64,000 bases of DNA from Phoronis australis (lineage: Eukaryota; Animalia; Phoronida). The translations under genes and the position numbers were made by a program. Shown piece after piece: positions 61,078 through 64,000 of this stretch. The stretch spans positions 1 to 64,000 of the forward strand of contig NMRA01000427.1 of NCBI GenBank assembly GCA_002633005.1. Reading direction: 5' to 3'. The number at the start of each line of letters is the position of its first letter. Position 1 is the first letter of the stretch. The notes beneath the pieces are model-generated. The model ran no database searches. It was not told the origin of the DNA and saw nothing but the letters and a program-made list of their open reading frames with translations.

Positions 61078-62253
61078 TCACACCATGTGCTCTTGTTCAC
61101 GCCCTGGGTGTTGGCTTATCTCCTGCTGGTCTACAACTTTCAAACTGGAACGACCAGTGCTAAACGTCAGACTACTTGATTTGAAAGTCATCAAGCTTCC
61201 CCTTTCTTGACCAGTTCTCTTCCAACTCCTACTGAAAGCAACTTTGAACAAATCAAAAAACTGATTTCGAAACAGTTTGCCAGTCAGTAAATAGATGTAA
61301 AAGTTTAGCGCGTAATGTGACAACCCGACAACTACACGAATTACCGCTTGAAATGTCATGTAGTCAAAATGGCGTTGCCACGTGGAATCTGCTAGAATCT
61401 CTGCCTCCGACATCGAGAAGTTACCCGGAGCGAATTCCGAATACAGAGAATACGTCACCGCCACGGGTAAAGCAGTGACAATATAGTAGAATGAGACGGA
61501 CAAAAGCATCAAAGTCGTTGTGTGTTTGTACCCACTGTTTTGTCTCAAATGAAGCTGTTCAGAATTCGCAATTCTGATCGCCTCTCGCACAACTAAGACG
61601 TTTATGACTAGGGTTGCTATGGGCAGAGTAACAAAAATGGCCATTTCCGTGATCCATGACCAAATAGTAAAAACGTCTTCAACGCCCTCTCTCATGTTGC
61701 ACACCTTGTGCTTCTCTGAGTAAGTTAGAAGGTAGGGTTGAATTGCCGAGAGAGCAAAAGAAAATAAGAATATGCCCAAAACTGTACGAAGAGCAATCGT
61801 CCTGTTACTAGGTCCAGCCGAGCATAAGCGATCCTTTAAGAACGGGTGGCAGATGCTGATATATCGCTCTGTGGTAAATGCCAGAATGAGAATTGGGGAG
61901 AGGTATTGTGATGCCATATAAAATAGCATAAATGAGCCACATACAAAGGGGTAGTCCAATATCTTCATATCCCAGGTGTGATGAATTACGTGAATTATGT
62001 TACATATTAAAAAGTACAAATCGGCGAGTGCTAGAGCCGCCAAATAGCAACCCGAAGAATGTCGCATCTTCTTCTGGATCCACACGACGAACGCTAAGAT
62101 GTTGCCCGTAATACCTAGAACGTACCAAATGGGCGGAATTCCTTTGTCCAGCAACATTTTGGTTGGAGTGAAGCGTTTGTAAAGTTCTTCCTCCGTCCAG
62201 AGCGGACGGGTTCTCGTGGCGTTAGCAACCACGTAGCCAAGCGTCGTCGCCAT
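61078..62253 (-). CDS. Class A (rhodopsin-like) GPCR, invertebrate peptide-receptor type (FMRFamide/sex-peptide/myosuppressin-receptor-like)
   Basis: 391-aa uninterrupted ORF with seven hydrophobic segments: GITGN (TM1), YLAALALAD (TM2), FTTERYISICHP (TM3), LP (TM5 and TM6), NFYIY (TM7). A probable 5'UTR splice acceptor lies at 62284-62285. Confidence 0.96.
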   Translation of the reverse strand: MATTLGYVVANATRTRPLWTEEELYKRFTPTKMLLDKGIPPIWYVLGITGNILAFVVWIQKKMRHSSGCYLAALALADLYFLICNIIHVIHHTWDMKILDYPFVCGSFMLFYMASQYLSPILILAFTTERYISICHPFLKDRLCSAGPSNRTIALRTVLGIFLFSFALSAIQPYLLTYSEKHKVCNMREGVEDVFTIWSWITEMAIFVTLPIATLVINVLVVREAIRIANSEQLHLRQNSGYKHTTTLMLLSVSFYYIVTALPVAVTYSLYSEFAPGNFSMSEAEILADSTWQRHFDYMTFQAVIRVVVGLSHYALNFYIYLLTGKLFRNQFFDLFKVAFSRSWKRTGQERGSLMTFKSSSLTFSTGRSSLKVVDQQEISQHPGREQEHMV

Positions 62254-64000
62254 ATTATAGGATTATGATTCTTTGCCTTTATACTGTAATGACGATGAAA
62301 TCATTTTCTTGTAAGATTAACCATCTGTGAGTTGTGTTTCCTGTTCCTGAAATATAAGATGTGAAAGTTTGGATACATGTATCCTTGACCATTTGTTTTG
62401 AGGATTTGAGAAAATTCACACTCGCTTTCATTTACGGTTATAACGAAGGGGTACATGTACTTGGACATTTCCTGTAGCACTCTGAAACACAAAAAAAAAA
62501 TGTTTCTGTCGTCTGACTTCTCACCATTTCAACCAATAGCAAGCACATTAAATTTTGCGCATGAAAGATTTAATGACACACGACATAGTGCTTAATACTA
62601 TAATTTACAAATCCTGTCAACAGTCCGTAGTCCAAAGCATCAATAATGGATGAATTTTTAATACTCATAAATCGACGATTCGGTAGGTTTTAATGATGAA
62701 TCCGCATGGAAATGCTTAAGTAAAATGTTTCTTTTCAAACGACTGACGATGATTAGTTGGTTGTTGCTAATTACCCGTGTTCATTATTGTGCTTATACTC
62801 TGAATGCTCTATTCTGTCCAGTATTTTCCATACTCGTATGAGGAATACCTTATGCAAAGCTATCCATTTTCTGATACATCTCTATTTTAGCAACCACTTT
62901 ATAGTCGATGACGGGGACATGCCTCACTTGAAAACGTCATGTTTTCATAGTTTTAATGATGTAAACCAAAAATTAGGGAAGAACTAGTTCTTTACTAAGT
63001 CATGCACGCTCCTTTTTTCTCATATTCCTCGTGGAATTGAGAATGAACAGGTTCCATACGTAGACAGTAGTAATTGCAATGCAAGGAATTCCTGGCAATT
63101 TGGTACACGTCTTCGGAAATTTTGTCTTAACCGTGGGAAAACCTCGTTTAAGCATAACATGAACGATTTGGCAGCGCCTCAACCCAGTTTCTGAAACGTA
63201 CATGTTAACTAGTACGTTTCGGTACTGTTAAGAGTACTCTTAACGGAACACATGAGACTGAAATGACGATAAAGTGCTCACAACTGTGTGAGCTACACTG
63301 TACCGAGAACATCTCAAAAAGGAACTTCTAAGGAAGGGCCATTCCTTTGCTCTTTTTAAACCGTAAAGGAAAGTTTAACCAAAGACACATAGGAAAACGT
63401 CTTGAACTAGCCACCCGCTTCGGTGAAAATGATGTCCACTCCCACGCACATTATCACGACCGCCAGCAAATAACTTGATTTTAAACAATAAAGGCAACTT
63501 TCACGGAGTTGGTCAAACACGTCAATACCTATACAGTTCTTTTGAAGATAAAAACCAACTGTCGATCTCACAATGGAATCTTTAAGATAGGTCGGTGAGA
63601 GATTATCTCGTGGCATGAATAATTATTCTGTCCTCATTGTGAATCAAACGCACCTTTGATATTAGTAATTAAAGTCATCTTTCTAAAACAGCGAGCCGAA
63701 CTTCGCCCACCCACTCTGTAGCTCATTTTATGCACATCTTCGTTGTTCAAACCCGGTTGTATCATTGTAACATAAAAGCTCTAAGGATACACATCAAATG
63801 GTAAAGAATTGATTAGAAGTACTTAGATAGGTTTCTCTGCACGCCTTACCTCACTGAAATAATAAAATCAAACAATGTTTTTTTCTCATGTTTCATGGTT
63901 GCATTAAGTACTCATATGTTTTAAAGCTACGGATTTTTTACACTTCAGTTTTGTTTGAACCTCACTAGAAATCAACTGTTTTGTTTAGCTCTTATGTTTT

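Overview
AT-rich, intron-rich animal genomic DNA from a draft assembly (N gaps at 7444-7517 and 39555-39914), probably a marine invertebrate. The ORF track is mostly noise. Reading splice sites and reading frames by hand gives 22 + strand exons (593-58022; the 5' end lies upstream of the window) of one mosaic type-I membrane protein. Its order is VWA, SUEL/galactose-rhamnose lectin, EGF x3 (recently triplicated), EGF, Sushi/CCP x2, EGF, an uncharacterised Sib/'integrin-beta-like' region plus a beta-sandwich, EGF, TM, and a Tyr/PPxY cytoplasmic tail. All junctions are GT-AG and phase-compatible, but the lectin exon has an internal frameshift. A single-coding-exon class A peptide GPCR lies tail-to-tail on the - strand (61078-62253). 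The introns hold a decayed ISL2EU/Harbinger-type transposon (THAP-DDE transposase plus SWIM-YqaJ gene), a TTAA-flanked Kolobok-like deletion derivative, other THAP/SAP remnants, MITE/foldback elements, LINE/Penelope/SINE fragments, and duplications at single-N joins that look like assembly artefacts. All family assignments come from motif recognition by eye, with no database search.
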